DNA of 64,000 bases from Actinomycetota bacterium (GCA_039028435.1 JBCCIC010000019.1:6053-70052), one strand, 5' to 3'; positions 42,370 through 53,007 are shown, counted from the first letter of the stretch. Numbers and translations are program-made. Notes: generated by a model from the letters alone, not told the origin.

Positions 42370-45300
42370 GTGGACGGTCAGCTCACCGACTCGTACGTAG
42401 TCTCGACGAAGTTCCAGACCGACGTCACCGGCCACGTCCGCAACGTCGATCGAGCCTCCCGCTCGATGAAGGGCTTCAGCGACGAGTCCCGCCGCGCCGA
42501 GACCCGCACGACCGGCCTCGGCCGCACCTCTGGACAAGCCGCCGCCGGCGTCGACAAGATCGACCGCGCCGCCACCAAGTCGGCTCGGTCGATCGGTCGA
42601 GCGTCCGACTCGGCGAAGAAGTTCGGTCGATCCATCACCGTCCTTGCAACCGGGATTGTCGGAGCCGGGTTCGGGCTCGCGAAGCTCGGAGGCGACTACG
42701 AGCGCGAGTTCTCGAAGATCACCGGCCTCGTAGGCATCGCTCGCGAAGAGGTCGAGCTGATGCAGGCGTCGACGCTCGCGCTCGCTGGCCGGACCGCTCA
42801 GGGGCCGCAGAATCTCGCCCGGGCGATGTTCACGCTCCAATCGGCTGGGCTCCGCGGCGAGGCCGCGATGTCGGCGCTGGAGCAGTCGGCGCAGCTTGCT
42901 GCCGGTGGCATGGGCGACGTCGGAACGATTGCGCAGGCGACGACATCGATTCTGGATCAGTACGCGTCGAAGGGCGTCGACGCTGCCGATGCTGCGGACT
43001 TCCTCGCGTCGACGGCACGTGCCGGCAACTTCGAATCGTCACAGCTGGCCGGGTCGCTCGGCAAGGTCCTGCCGGTCGCGTCGCAGCTTGGTATTTCGCT
43101 CGGCGACGTCGGCGGCGCGGTGGCGTTGCTGACTCGAGGAAACGGCAACGCGTCAGAGTCGATCACGCAGGTGGCGGCTGCGATGCGGGTGCTGATGGCG
43201 CCGTCGCAGGAGGCGATCGACACGCTCGACGACGCGAACCTGACGATGCAGGACATCAAGGACACCGCCGCGGGTCCTGGTGGTCTGGTCGCGGCGCTGC
43301 AGCAGATGTACGACGCGACAGGCCGGAACGACGAGCAGTTCGCTCGGATGCTCGGATCGTCTGAGGCCGTGAATGCTGCGTTCCAGATCCTGAACGCGTC
43401 GAACGAGGCCCTCGATGGGACGTTCGGGGCGGTCGCCGATCGGGCGGGTGTCGCCGCGGAGGTGTTCGACGCTGCGTCTGAGACTTCGTCGTTCAAGTAT
43501 GAGCAGGCGATGACCCGGATCCGGGTTGCGGCCACAGATGTCGGTGGCGAGTTGGCTCCGATCTTCGCTGGGATCGCGGAGCAGACGGCGACGTCGATCG
43601 GCGAAGCGATCGAGTGGTGGCGTCAGCTCCCGGAGCCGGTGCAGGACGCAGCGAAGGGCATCGGCGCTGTGGTCGCGGTGTCGGGGCCGGCTGCGATCGG
43701 GATCGGGAAGCTCGGCGGCGCAGCGAAGGTTGCCGGTCCGTTGCTGAGCAGGTTGTCGCTCGGGTCGACGTTGAAGAACGTCGCCGTCTGGGGCCCCGTC
43801 GGTCTCGCTGCGGCCGGGGCGATTGGGCTGGTCGGTAAGGCTTGGTTCGACGCTGCGAAGGAGAAGCAGGCAGCGGCGGAACGCGCTGAGATTCTGACGG
43901 ACTGGCTCCGTCAGCAAGGCGATGCGGCCGTGAACTCCGTCGACGAATTCGGCGCGCTGATCGAGGAGCTTCGAGAACTACGCGCCGTGTCGGGCGATCT
44001 GGCTGACGGCGGTGATCTGACGGACTTCGTCGGACCTGAGGCGATCTTCTCGCAGTTCACCAAGGGCGCCGAGTCGGCTCGCAGCGCGTTGTACGACCTG
44101 GGCCTGAACTTCGATGATGTCGTGTCAATCGTCCGCGGCGGCACTGACGCATTCCACGACTTCGAGTTCGACGCCTTCGGCGGACTCAGCAAGTTCCAGA
44201 AGAAGCTCGACTCGGCCGAGCCGAGTGTCCGCGCGTTCGGGGAATCGCTGATCGAAGCCCACGAGAGCGGCAGGCTCTCGCGGGACGCGATGGAGCTGTT
44301 GGTACGTGCGCTCGATGAGACTGCTGATGGCTTCGACGACTCACGACGAACCATCGAAGCCGAAGCCGAAGCAAAGATCGAGAACGCCGTCCTCAATGGC
44401 GAGCTCTCCCGCTCGCAAGCAGACCTCGCTCTCGCCATCGCACGTCGGGCCGGCGAAACCGAGGTCTACACCGCTGCGCTCAAGAACCTGAATCCGCATA
44501 TCGAGCTCGCGATCCAGCGAGAAGAGCAGCGGCTCGCGCTCATCGAGACGAACACCGCCGCATACTCCGCAGCCGACGCCGCGCTGATCGGCGGCATCAC
44601 CACCCTCACCGGCCACGGCGACGCGGCACTCTACGCCGACGGCGCATACAGCGACTTCGGTGACGCTGCCGAGGACCTCACCGAGGAACTCACGCCCGTT
44701 CAGGAAGCGCTGAGTCGTGTCTCCGACGAGCTGCGCGCCCAGTACGACGCCGCGATCAGCGCGGCCAGCGCCGTTGACGACCTACGCCAAGCCTCCTCAG
44801 CACTGCACGGCCCGCAGCAGCGGCTCGACTCCGCCACTCGACGCACCGACAAGTCGCTCGACCAGTTCAAGGATGCCGCCGCCGACGCCAAAGAGGCGCT
44901 CGACGAGATGAACGAAGCCATCGACAATCACGGCAAGGACAGCAAGGCAGCAGAGAAGGCGACCGCTAAGTACGAGGAAGCACTGCTCGAGGCGACAATC
45001 GCTGGCGAGGAGTTCGGGACCAGCGTCCATGAACAGATGCTCGCCATGATCGAGACCGGCGCCACCGTCGAAGAGGTCGCCCGGTTCCAGGAGGAGTACT
45101 CCGAACAGCTCCGTGTCACCGGCACCGAGGCCGGCATCACCTCAGACCGCGTCGCTCACCTCATCGCGAACTACCTCGGTCTGCCGAAGGAACTCATCAC
45201 CGAGTTCGTCGCCCAGGTGAAGGCCGGATCGATCGCCGCGACCGCTCAGGAGTTCACCGATCTCACCACCCAGGGTTGGATCATCGGCGTCCAAAGCTCG

Positions 45301-45879
45301 GTGCACACCCCGTCGAAGGAAGCCGCCAAGCAGGAGCTGGAGTCGACGTTCACGCAACGCGGCTGGCAGGCGAGCATCAACGTTGTCCTCGACCAGTTCG
45401 CGGCTGATCAGGTCGAACGCGACCTCAGCTACATCGCCCGCAACCGGGCCGCCCAAATCTCGCCCACCTACGGTGCGGCCGACCACGGGACCGTTGGCGG
45501 CAGCGCCGGCGGACAGACGACCAACGATCCGTACGGGCCGAACCTGCCGGTCTACTACCACGATGGTGGCGTGGTCGGGCACTACGACAACCGCTCGTAT
45601 CGCGGCGGTCCGCTCGCCTACGACGAAGTCCCAGCGGTGCTCCAAACCGGTGAACGCGTCCTGTCTCGCGCCGACAACGCCTGGTTCGAGCGGGCGTTCT
45701 TCACCCACACCAGCCACAACCCGAGCCCCAGCGGACCCGCTGTCACGGTCGAGCGAGGCGCGATCTCGATCGACGCACGCGGATCCACGCTCACCGGCGC
45801 TGACGTGCAACGGATCGTCGACCGAGGCATCGACGCGCTGTCCCGAGACATCACCGACCACCTCTCCACTCTGCAATGA
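42370..45879 (+). CDS. tape measure protein
   Basis: 1169 aa. Conserved TMP core (AMFTLQSAGLRGEAAMSALEQSAQLAAGGMGD ...), TM-like central segments and long coiled coils. GTG start. Confidence 0.9.
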   Translation: MDGQLTDSYVVSTKFQTDVTGHVRNVDRASRSMKGFSDESRRAETRTTGLGRTSGQAAAGVDKIDRAATKSARSIGRASDSAKKFGRSITVLATGIVGAGFGLAKLGGDYEREFSKITGLVGIAREEVELMQASTLALAGRTAQGPQNLARAMFTLQSAGLRGEAAMSALEQSAQLAAGGMGDVGTIAQATTSILDQYASKGVDAADAADFLASTARAGNFESSQLAGSLGKVLPVASQLGISLGDVGGAVALLTRGNGNASESITQVAAAMRVLMAPSQEAIDTLDDANLTMQDIKDTAAGPGGLVAALQQMYDATGRNDEQFARMLGSSEAVNAAFQILNASNEALDGTFGAVADRAGVAAEVFDAASETSSFKYEQAMTRIRVAATDVGGELAPIFAGIAEQTATSIGEAIEWWRQLPEPVQDAAKGIGAVVAVSGPAAIGIGKLGGAAKVAGPLLSRLSLGSTLKNVAVWGPVGLAAAGAIGLVGKAWFDAAKEKQAAAERAEILTDWLRQQGDAAVNSVDEFGALIEELRELRAVSGDLADGGDLTDFVGPEAIFSQFTKGAESARSALYDLGLNFDDVVSIVRGGTDAFHDFEFDAFGGLSKFQKKLDSAEPSVRAFGESLIEAHESGRLSRDAMELLVRALDETADGFDDSRRTIEAEAEAKIENAVLNGELSRSQADLALAIARRAGETEVYTAALKNLNPHIELAIQREEQRLALIETNTAAYSAADAALIGGITTLTGHGDAALYADGAYSDFGDAAEDLTEELTPVQEALSRVSDELRAQYDAAISAASAVDDLRQASSALHGPQQRLDSATRRTDKSLDQFKDAAADAKEALDEMNEAIDNHGKDSKAAEKATAKYEEALLEATIAGEEFGTSVHEQMLAMIETGATVEEVARFQEEYSEQLRVTGTEAGITSDRVAHLIANYLGLPKELITEFVAQVKAGSIAATAQEFTDLTTQGWIIGVQSSVHTPSKEAAKQELESTFTQRGWQASINVVLDQFAADQVERDLSYIARNRAAQISPTYGAADHGTVGGSAGGQTTNDPYGPNLPVYYHDGGVVGHYDNRSYRGGPLAYDEVPAVLQTGERVLSRADNAWFERAFFTHTSHNPSPSGPAVTVERGAISIDARGSTLTGADVQRIVDRGIDALSRDITDHLSTLQ

Positions 45880-47369
45880 GCATCACCTCCACGCCGTTCA
45901 CGATCACCGCCATCTCCGACCCCGCCCACTTCTCCACCGGCGGCGTAGGCACCCTGCTCGACGGGTTGAACTCGCTCGTCTGCACGACCGGGCTCGTCAT
46001 GCCGTTCGAAGACGGCGACGCCTGGTTCGAAGCCGAAGCCGACCTCCCGGCTGGCGCCGCGTGGATCTCGCTGAACACCGAGCAACGAGGCCAGAGCGAC
46101 GACCTGACCGGCTACTTCGATATCGCTCACGTCGACCTGTTCAACATCGCATGGAACTCCGTCTCCGGAGTCATGCCACATAGAGCGATCAACCACGTCC
46201 CGATCGACGAGTTCGCCTGGTGGAACACCTACCTCCCCCGCTACGCACGAACCATCGCCGGCGACGCCGTATGGACCCTCGAAGACGCCGCCCCGTCCGG
46301 GTTGAAGGTCAGGGTCCGCGTGAACGTCAACGTCGGCCTCGACACCAACCTGGGCGACAGCCCCCACTGCGAGATCCGCACCCTCGGCCTCGAGACCGTC
46401 ACCCGACCAGCCGATCCGGTCGCGATCCTGACCGTCGCGACCCCGACCCTGGCGCTTCAGGCAACCCCGCCCGTCGATGGGCCGGATCCCAGAGCGATGA
46501 AGTTCACGATCGTCGACGACACCACCGGCGAGACGTGGGCGGAAGGCCTGACCGTCGACCGGAACGCGGTCGGGAACCTCGAGTACCAGCCCGACCGGCT
46601 CCCCGTCGCCGGCACGTACCGGATCACAGTGTCGATGCTGTTCGATGACTTCGCGACGCTCCCCGTCACCTACGACACCGAAATCGTCCGGACCATCGGC
46701 GAAGTCGGCAGCCCCGGCGACCTGATCGTCGAGGCGGAAGACGACGGCTACCGGGTTCTCTACGACCAGAACCAGGGCAGCGTCGAACGCGCCGCAGCGT
46801 GGGACGCCGACGGCACCATCGTCGCATGGGTGCCGGTTCACGAAGGCGTCACCGGTGCCGGCGGACTCGATGTCCTGGACTATCCGCCGTTCAACCACCC
46901 GGTCACGTACCGGGCCCGTCGAGCGGCCGGGAACGATGTGACGCCGCACGCGGAGCGTGTCGTGTCCACCGATGGAGTCGACCGGTGGGTCCTCACCGAC
47001 GCCGCCACTGGCGAGTCGATCTGGTTGCCGTTCGACTCGGTGAAGCCGAGTCGCGATGTCACCACGACCGTCGTGAAGAACGACATCGGGAACACCGTCT
47101 TCCCGGGAGTCGTGCTGCTACCCGACTGGGATGTCAGCTCGACGATCACGAACAGCGCCGAGTTCGACCGTTTCGAACGGATCATCGCTTCTCACGAGCT
47201 GGTGTGGCGCGGCCCGTTCGGTCAACGCCACGACGTCGCCGTCGTAGGTCGGATCCGGTACGACTACGAGCAGGCCCACACCGGCGTCGACGAGGCCGGC
47301 TTCGTCGGACAGCAGGGCCCGCTCGAGGTGATCGCGTCGATCGATTTCCGGCTCACCGTCCGCTCATGA
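45876..47369 (+). CDS. distal tail (Dit-like) minor tail protein
   Basis: ATGA junction after the TMP gene. 497 aa. Confidence 0.5.
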   Translation: MSITSTPFTITAISDPAHFSTGGVGTLLDGLNSLVCTTGLVMPFEDGDAWFEAEADLPAGAAWISLNTEQRGQSDDLTGYFDIAHVDLFNIAWNSVSGVMPHRAINHVPIDEFAWWNTYLPRYARTIAGDAVWTLEDAAPSGLKVRVRVNVNVGLDTNLGDSPHCEIRTLGLETVTRPADPVAILTVATPTLALQATPPVDGPDPRAMKFTIVDDTTGETWAEGLTVDRNAVGNLEYQPDRLPVAGTYRITVSMLFDDFATLPVTYDTEIVRTIGEVGSPGDLIVEAEDDGYRVLYDQNQGSVERAAAWDADGTIVAWVPVHEGVTGAGGLDVLDYPPFNHPVTYRARRAAGNDVTPHAERVVSTDGVDRWVLTDAATGESIWLPFDSVKPSRDVTTTVVKNDIGNTVFPGVVLLPDWDVSSTITNSAEFDRFERIIASHELVWRGPFGQRHDVAVVGRIRYDYEQAHTGVDEAGFVGQQGPLEVIASIDFRLTVRS

Positions 47370-48613
47370 TCGGGATCGATATCTCCCGCGGCGGCATGAT
47401 CGTCGCATCGACCCGCAGCGTCACCACCGACACTCGGCTCCGGGTGACCGGTCCGGGACGGATCGAGCACACCGCAGTCGACCACACCCAAACCGGGTGG
47501 ACCGCGTCGATCGACATCTCCACCCCGAACAGCGGGGCGCTTCGCTGGTTCGACGAACGCGACCCGTGCGACATCCGCATCTACGACACCGACACTGGTG
47601 AACCTCTCGGCACCGTCGTGTCCGCCAACGCGCCTTCGCAGGCATCGACGCCGAATCGTTGGACGATCACCGCACGCGGCCTCGAGGCGCCGCTGCAGGG
47701 CCGCACGATGCCGACGCGCCGGTTCGTGAAGAAGGGCCAGTGGAACCTGGCGTTCCAGTTCGACACGATCGAGATGATGTTCCACCTCGCCGCTTTGGAG
47801 CGGCGCCGATACTTGGAGGCGCAGCCGACGAGCAGCTGGGGCATGTCGTCGAACACCCGATTCCGGGCCGACGTCACCCCGCCGGCTGACCCTTCGAAGA
47901 CCACGGACACTGCGACAGCGAACGGCGAACAAGTCGGCCGTGCGAACAGTGTCGGCGGCTATCACTACCTGTGGCACTGGCGGATCGATGGCGGCGCCAC
48001 CCTCTGGGCAGAGATCCAACGTCTCGCAGGGCATCTCGCGGTGATCCCGACGTTCGACCGGTACGGCAACTTCGACGTGTGGTGGCCCGTGCCGCGCAGG
48101 GTGCCTGCCGAGTTCGTCACCGAGGTCTTCACCGACGACACCGCCGCGGGTTACCCGACCGTCGATCGGCAAGGAACCCGCGTGTCCGGCGCGTTCATCT
48201 ACGCCGACGTCGACGGCACCGAGTTCTCGGCGTTCGCTGGCCCGAACCGAGTGACGTCGATCGCCCCTGATCACATCGACCTTCGCGACCCGCTCCACGT
48301 GCCCTCTGCGCGACCGACCACGATCGATATCTCCCGCGTCTCGGCGCTCCCCTCCACCGGCTACACGACGCATCACGTCTGCGATGTCACCCGGCTCGCC
48401 GCCCAAGCGTGGGGCCACTCGGTCGACACGCCGGGCCGGATCCTGATGGATCTCGACCGGTTCGACCCGACGATGACGCCCGGCAAGATCGGCTACGCAT
48501 CGCTGCCCGGCCGGGCCCGCGGATTGCATCGCGTCACGTCCGTACGCCACACGTGGGAGACCGGCGGTCACACGGCGCGCACCTCCGTCACCGCGCAGGA
48601 GCTCGCGCCATGA
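47366..48613 (+). CDS. minor tail / tail-tip protein
   Basis: ATGA junction. 415 aa. Confidence 0.5.
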   Translation: MIGIDISRGGMIVASTRSVTTDTRLRVTGPGRIEHTAVDHTQTGWTASIDISTPNSGALRWFDERDPCDIRIYDTDTGEPLGTVVSANAPSQASTPNRWTITARGLEAPLQGRTMPTRRFVKKGQWNLAFQFDTIEMMFHLAALERRRYLEAQPTSSWGMSSNTRFRADVTPPADPSKTTDTATANGEQVGRANSVGGYHYLWHWRIDGGATLWAEIQRLAGHLAVIPTFDRYGNFDVWWPVPRRVPAEFVTEVFTDDTAAGYPTVDRQGTRVSGAFIYADVDGTEFSAFAGPNRVTSIAPDHIDLRDPLHVPSARPTTIDISRVSALPSTGYTTHHVCDVTRLAAQAWGHSVDTPGRILMDLDRFDPTMTPGKIGYASLPGRARGLHRVTSVRHTWETGGHTARTSVTAQELAP

Positions 48614-49059
48614 GGCCGGACGAACTGTCACGGCAAATCCGCACCGGTCACGCGACCCGTCCGACACTCCGCCTCGCCAAGGTCAAGTCGGTCAGCATCG
48701 TTGAACGGACCATCGACTTCGGCGACCACCAGGGCATCCCGTACCTCGACTCGTACGCGCCGCACGTCGGTGACACGATCCTGTGGACCATCGAGCAGGC
48801 CCGCGTGATCGTGCTCGGCCGGCTCCTCACCGGCCGGGACCCGTCGTTCCTCAACGGCACCCACACACGCACGGTCACCGGCGTTGAGACGGTGCCCTTC
48901 TACGGCGACTTCGACCAGGCACCCACCACCGTCATCGTCACCGCCTCGGCCGGGACGCCCGTGGTTACGAACAAGACCACCGCCGGGTTCGACGTCGACG
49001 TCCTCGACCACGCCGGCGCGTCGGTCCTCGGCCAGATCGACTGGGCCGCATGGCGGTGA
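48610..49059 (+). CDS. minor tail protein
   Basis: ATGA junction. Confidence 0.45.
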   Translation: MRPDELSRQIRTGHATRPTLRLAKVKSVSIVERTIDFGDHQGIPYLDSYAPHVGDTILWTIEQARVIVLGRLLTGRDPSFLNGTHTRTVTGVETVPFYGDFDQAPTTVIVTASAGTPVVTNKTTAGFDVDVLDHAGASVLGQIDWAAWR

Positions 49060-49083
49060 AGCCGCGTCCAACCTGACCGCTAC

Positions 49084-49455
49084 GTGCGGGGTTGGACTGG
49101 GCGGGTGAACGTTCCGACCGGCCGACACGTCCCAGCCAGATACGACATCCTCTGGCACCAGGGCGACACGTACACCGAGGACTTCAAGCTCACTATCAAC
49201 GGCGCCGCTCTCCCACTGACCGGCATGACTCTCGCCGCGCAGATCAAACCCGCGACCGGCGATCTGATCGACCTCAACGTCAACATCACTGACACCGACG
49301 AAGGCGAGTTCACCCTCACCGCCACCGGTGCCACCCTCGAACCGTGCGCGCCGGGCGCGGCGCACTACTGGGAACTCCGCGATGACGCCGTAGACGAGAC
49401 GATCCTCGCCGGGACGTGGACCACCCAAACCGATCGGGTAGGCGAGCCCGTATGA
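49084..49455 (+). CDS. minor tail protein (Ig-like size)
   Basis: GTG start. Assigned by position. Confidence 0.4.
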   Translation: MRGWTGRVNVPTGRHVPARYDILWHQGDTYTEDFKLTINGAALPLTGMTLAAQIKPATGDLIDLNVNITDTDEGEFTLTATGATLEPCAPGAAHYWELRDDAVDETILAGTWTTQTDRVGEPV

Positions 49456-50114
49456 CGACGGTCATCGACTTCATCACCGCCGACAACACGATCGTCGACT
49501 TCCGCCGCGCCGAACGCACCGAGATCCGCTTCGACAGCGAACGAGGCCCCCGAGGCCTCAAAGGCGAGAAGGGCGACCAGGGCGACCCCGGAGCAGACGG
49601 CGACGTCACCGCCGCGCAACTACACGCCGCAGTCCACGACCCAGACCCTGCCGCCGCGGGCGACCATGTCACCGTCGGCACGTACTACAACAACGGACCT
49701 GTCCTCGGCGGAGCGGTGCGACGCATTCGCTATCACCTCGAGCTCACCTCGTGGGGCACGAACCACATGGGATTGGTCAAGGTGGAGGGCTACTGCACGC
49801 CCGGTAGCGGAGTCGCCTCGCACCCAGACACGATGATCATCGACATCCTCGCCGGCTTCTACCGAGCCGCAGCGGCGCTCTACCAGATGAGAGGCCCCAT
49901 CGACCGCTCCGAGGACGACGAGCCGCTCGACACCGAGGCCGCCATCTACCTCTCACCTTCTGGTCACCCGACGATCGCATTCAACGCCACCAATCGCTTC
50001 GCTTCGTTCCGGGTGAGCGCAGTCCGACAGGGCTTCTCCGCCGGCGCATCCGCCGGCCAGGACCCCGGACTCCAGGTCACACCGACCGAGACCAGCACCG
50101 TGGAGCTGACATGA
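49452..50114 (+). CDS. tail fibre protein with collagen-like Gly-X-Y repeats
   Basis: GPRGLKGEKGDQGDPGADG. Confidence 0.65.
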   Translation: MTTVIDFITADNTIVDFRRAERTEIRFDSERGPRGLKGEKGDQGDPGADGDVTAAQLHAAVHDPDPAAAGDHVTVGTYYNNGPVLGGAVRRIRYHLELTSWGTNHMGLVKVEGYCTPGSGVASHPDTMIIDILAGFYRAAAALYQMRGPIDRSEDDEPLDTEAAIYLSPSGHPTIAFNATNRFASFRVSAVRQGFSAGASAGQDPGLQVTPTETSTVELT

Positions 50115-50662
50115 CCAACTGGACCCGCTGGCTGATGGACCAGCTGCCGAAGTACCGGCTCCGCCAACCTGCCGCATCGGGCGAGCCGATGATCATCTAC
50201 TCGGGCAACCCATTCCGCGACGAACACAACGACGACGGCAACACAAGCTTCTTCGGCCATGACGTCGTCGGCTCCGCGGCCGTGCGCGTGAACATGGTCT
50301 GTCGAGGATGGAGCGCCCTGGAGGAGAACCTCTGGAGGGTCAAGGTGTCCGGCCTCTTCGGCGTCAACTATCGGTCACTATCCGAGATCACGTTCGGCGT
50401 GTACCACTACCCAGGCAACCTGAATGAGCCTCACGCAGCGACATTCCTGGTCAACGCCAACGACGCAGGGTCGATCACGGCGACAGGCGCCGACTACGCC
50501 GGCGACGGCTCCACCGTCCTCTGGTGGGAGCAGCCCACCAACTACTTCTGCCCGAACGCTGTCACCGTCGAAGCAACCCCAGGGATCATCGATGGCGCCG
50601 GCATCGCCGTTGTGCCGACGGTCGAATGGCACGCCACCGCTGTAGGAACGGACTTCACATGA
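50111..50662 (+). CDS. tail fibre-associated / receptor-binding candidate
   Basis: ATGA junction. 183 aa. Confidence 0.4.
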   Translation: MTNWTRWLMDQLPKYRLRQPAASGEPMIIYSGNPFRDEHNDDGNTSFFGHDVVGSAAVRVNMVCRGWSALEENLWRVKVSGLFGVNYRSLSEITFGVYHYPGNLNEPHAATFLVNANDAGSITATGADYAGDGSTVLWWEQPTNYFCPNAVTVEATPGIIDGAGIAVVPTVEWHATAVGTDFT

Positions 50663-51003
50663 CCGAGGAACTCGTCAACGCTGCCAGAGCCGCACTCGCC
50701 GACGGCCGCCCATCCGTCGCGCTCGCCAACCCCGGGCACGTGGCCATCTACGAGTCGCGTCGCAAGACCGCGAACCTGCTGGGCGAGATCACCATCGAGG
50801 ACTGGACCGGCCTGCTCGAGGAGCGCCTCAACCTCACCCGTCACGAAGGCGGAGCACTCGAAGCCGACGGCTCGATCTCACCGACCGTCCGCGACATCGA
50901 CTCGGCCAAGGAACGGCGACTCCGTGAGCGGAAGGAGCGGCTCGAGGCTCGCATCGCCGCAGACACCGCAAGGCTCGCCGAACTCGACGCGCAACTGTCC
51001 TAG
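50659..51003 (+). CDS. hypothetical protein with C-terminal coiled coil
   Basis: ATGA junction. KERRLRERKERLEARIAADTARLAELDAQL. Confidence 0.45.
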   Translation: MTEELVNAARAALADGRPSVALANPGHVAIYESRRKTANLLGEITIEDWTGLLEERLNLTRHEGGALEADGSISPTVRDIDSAKERRLRERKERLEARIAADTARLAELDAQLS

Positions 51004-51035
51004 GTGCTGCGCCGCGTCCGGAGACAAGATTGAGA

Positions 51036-51060
51036 CTCATGGCTCAATGAGAGCCATGAG
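51036..51060 (+). promoter_or_regulatory. perfect 10-bp hairpin enclosing both candidate start codons of the next gene
   Basis: CTCATGGCTC-AATGA-GAGCCATGAG. ATG at 51047 is in the loop and ATG at 51056 is in the 3-prime arm. Confidence 0.6.
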
Positions 51061-51277
51061 CAACTACCTCCCGAAACTCAGCCGGATCCGCAACGAAGTC
51101 GTCTTCTACCTCGGCGTCTTCTCCACGATCGCAGCAGCGGTCGGCGCAGTCATCGCTGACGCCGACCTCACCTCGCCAACCGGCATTCTCATCGCGCTCC
51201 CCGCCATCACCGGGGCAATCAGCCGGAACTTCGCGTTCGGTCCCGAGACCGTCGAGGCGATGAAGAACCGGCGCTAA
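51047..51277 (+). CDS. holin-like 2-TM membrane protein
   Basis: VVFYLGVFSTIAAAVGAVIA and GILIALPAITGAI. Immediately upstream of the endolysin gene. Confidence 0.5.
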   Translation: MRAMSNYLPKLSRIRNEVVFYLGVFSTIAAAVGAVIADADLTSPTGILIALPAITGAISRNFAFGPETVEAMKNRR

Positions 51278-51281
51278 GCCG

Positions 51282-52214
51282 ATGCGCGCCGCATGGTGCC
51301 CGTTCGCTGAGCGGCACGAATACGCCCAATGGCCGACGGGCCCGCTCCGCGACACTGAGCATCGCAAAGCGGTCTGGCACACCACCCAAGGCGGCGACGG
51401 AGTGCTGAGCTGGTACCCGGTGTCGGGCGGGATCCCGCACTTCACGATCATGCTCAACGGCGCGATCAAGCAGCACTACTCGTGTCTCAACTTCTCGAGG
51501 GCCCTACGGAACCTTCGCGGCGGCGTCGAGACAAACACCGACGGCGCAATCCAGATCGAGATCGTCGGCTACGCCGGCAAGGACCACACTCCTCGGCAAC
51601 GGGCCTCGATCACACGCCTCACCGCATGGTTCACGGCAGAGAGCCATGTCGCTCCGTTGCTTCCGATGGGCCGGCTCTCGAAGCCGTACCGGCGCGCGAC
51701 GTTCGCCGAGTGGGATCACGGTGTCGGGCACTTCGGGCACGGCAACGTCCCCGAGCAGGACCATCACGATCCGGACATGACGGACTCGACGCACGCGGCG
51801 CTCGTCGCAGGCCTCGGCATCGACGACGACCCCCCGCCGACGCCTGCGGAACCGGCGCCGGCGCCCGCCGGGTCGCAGCGTTCCGGGAACCGTGTCGCGC
51901 CAGACGGGCTGATCCGGCCAGGCGATCATGGCCCTGGCGTCGAGCTGTTCCAACGACGCCTCTCCGACATCGTGGCGATGATGGGGCTGCGCAGGTCGTG
52001 GCGGATCCGCCAGCACGTCCCTTGGGACCTCCGACTCGGGCGCATGGGGCCGGCCGTGACCGGCGTCCATGACGTGCAATCGGTCGAATGGTGCCGTGCC
52101 CTGCAGACCTGGGCCGGGATCGAGGTCGACGGTGTCGTCGGGACCAGCGAGACCCACCCGGCAATGGTCGACGCTCTCGCCGCCCTCGGCGAGCCATGGG
52201 CCACCGACCAGTAG
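51282..52214 (+). CDS. endolysin (amidase-type N-terminus, PG_binding_1-like C-terminus)
   Basis: C-terminal GPGVELFQRRL ... VDGVVGTSETHPAMVDAL. His-rich catalytic-like GHFGHGNVPEQDHHDPD. Confidence 0.7.
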   Translation: MRAAWCPFAERHEYAQWPTGPLRDTEHRKAVWHTTQGGDGVLSWYPVSGGIPHFTIMLNGAIKQHYSCLNFSRALRNLRGGVETNTDGAIQIEIVGYAGKDHTPRQRASITRLTAWFTAESHVAPLLPMGRLSKPYRRATFAEWDHGVGHFGHGNVPEQDHHDPDMTDSTHAALVAGLGIDDDPPPTPAEPAPAPAGSQRSGNRVAPDGLIRPGDHGPGVELFQRRLSDIVAMMGLRRSWRIRQHVPWDLRLGRMGPAVTGVHDVQSVEWCRALQTWAGIEVDGVVGTSETHPAMVDALAALGEPWATDQ

Positions 52215-52229
52215 CAGCAGGAGATCACC

Positions 52230-52529
52230 ATGGCCGTACCCGTTGTACCGACGCTAGCGACGCTCGGAGCGTCCGCAGCAACGTTCTTCATCGCACAGGC
52301 GACCGCGGTCGGCGGTGACACGACGATCGTGGCGATCCTCGGAGCCGCCGTCACAGGTCTGGCGGGTCTGGTCGGTTGGATGGTCCGCCAGCTGATGTCG
52401 GGCAACTGGGTTCGCTCCGAGACGGCCGACCTCGTGAAACAGCACGAGGCCGCGACGGAGGCGCTCGCCAAGTCGAACGAGCTGTCACAGCGGTTGATCG
52501 ATGTCGCGTTCGGGTCGATGGATGGATGA
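52230..52529 (+). CDS. holin (2 TM plus charged C-terminus)
   Basis: LGASAATFFIAQATAV and VAILGAAVTGLAGLVGWMV. Confidence 0.6.
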   Translation: MAVPVVPTLATLGASAATFFIAQATAVGGDTTIVAILGAAVTGLAGLVGWMVRQLMSGNWVRSETADLVKQHEAATEALAKSNELSQRLIDVAFGSMDG

Positions 52530-53007
52530 CAACCGGCCGCTCTCGAGGCGCGCCCTGCTGACGATCGTCGCGGTCCTGGTGTTGTCCGCCGGCGCAGTGA
52601 TCGGGTCGGTTGTCGCTACAGCGAGGGCTGAGCGACCCTGGGACCCACTCGGCAGCTTCCCTGAGCAGGCCGTCATCGGTATCGCAGCTGACAGCGTCAC
52701 AGTGGTCGGAACGAAGTGCTACGACGAGCCCGTCGACATCGTTGGATCGTGGTGGTGGCAGACCGTCGAACCGCCCGGCTCGGCCGTCGCACCCCTGAGC
52801 GGCTCAACGACCCGAGCAGCCGGATGTCACGAGTCGACATTCGTGAACCTGGTGCCACCCGAAGTGCGTTCGATCGACACGCAATTGGGCGGAGCGACCT
52901 GGATCGTGACCGGCGTCGAGACACCGATCGATGAGCAGTCTGGCCGCGAGGGAGTCCCGCACACGTGGCGCACCGAACCGTTCGAGCTCCCACCTTCTGA
53001 GGACTAG
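52522..53007 (+). CDS. membrane-anchored protein (lysis accessory or exclusion candidate)
   Basis: N-terminal anchor ALLTIVAVLVLSAGAVIGSVV. The start could be 52501. Confidence 0.5.
   Translation: MDDNRPLSRRALLTIVAVLVLSAGAVIGSVVATARAERPWDPLGSFPEQAVIGIAADSVTVVGTKCYDEPVDIVGSWWWQTVEPPGSAVAPLSGSTTRAAGCHESTFVNLVPPEVRSIDTQLGGATWIVTGVETPIDEQSGREGVPHTWRTEPFELPPSED

Noticed and set aside
45618-48667. Long minus-strand ORFs (443 aa and 467 aa)
   Set aside because: They are antisense to the tail genes that follow the tape measure gene. Their composition is Arg/Gly/Asp-rich, and they conflict with the ATGA-coupled plus-strand gene chain.
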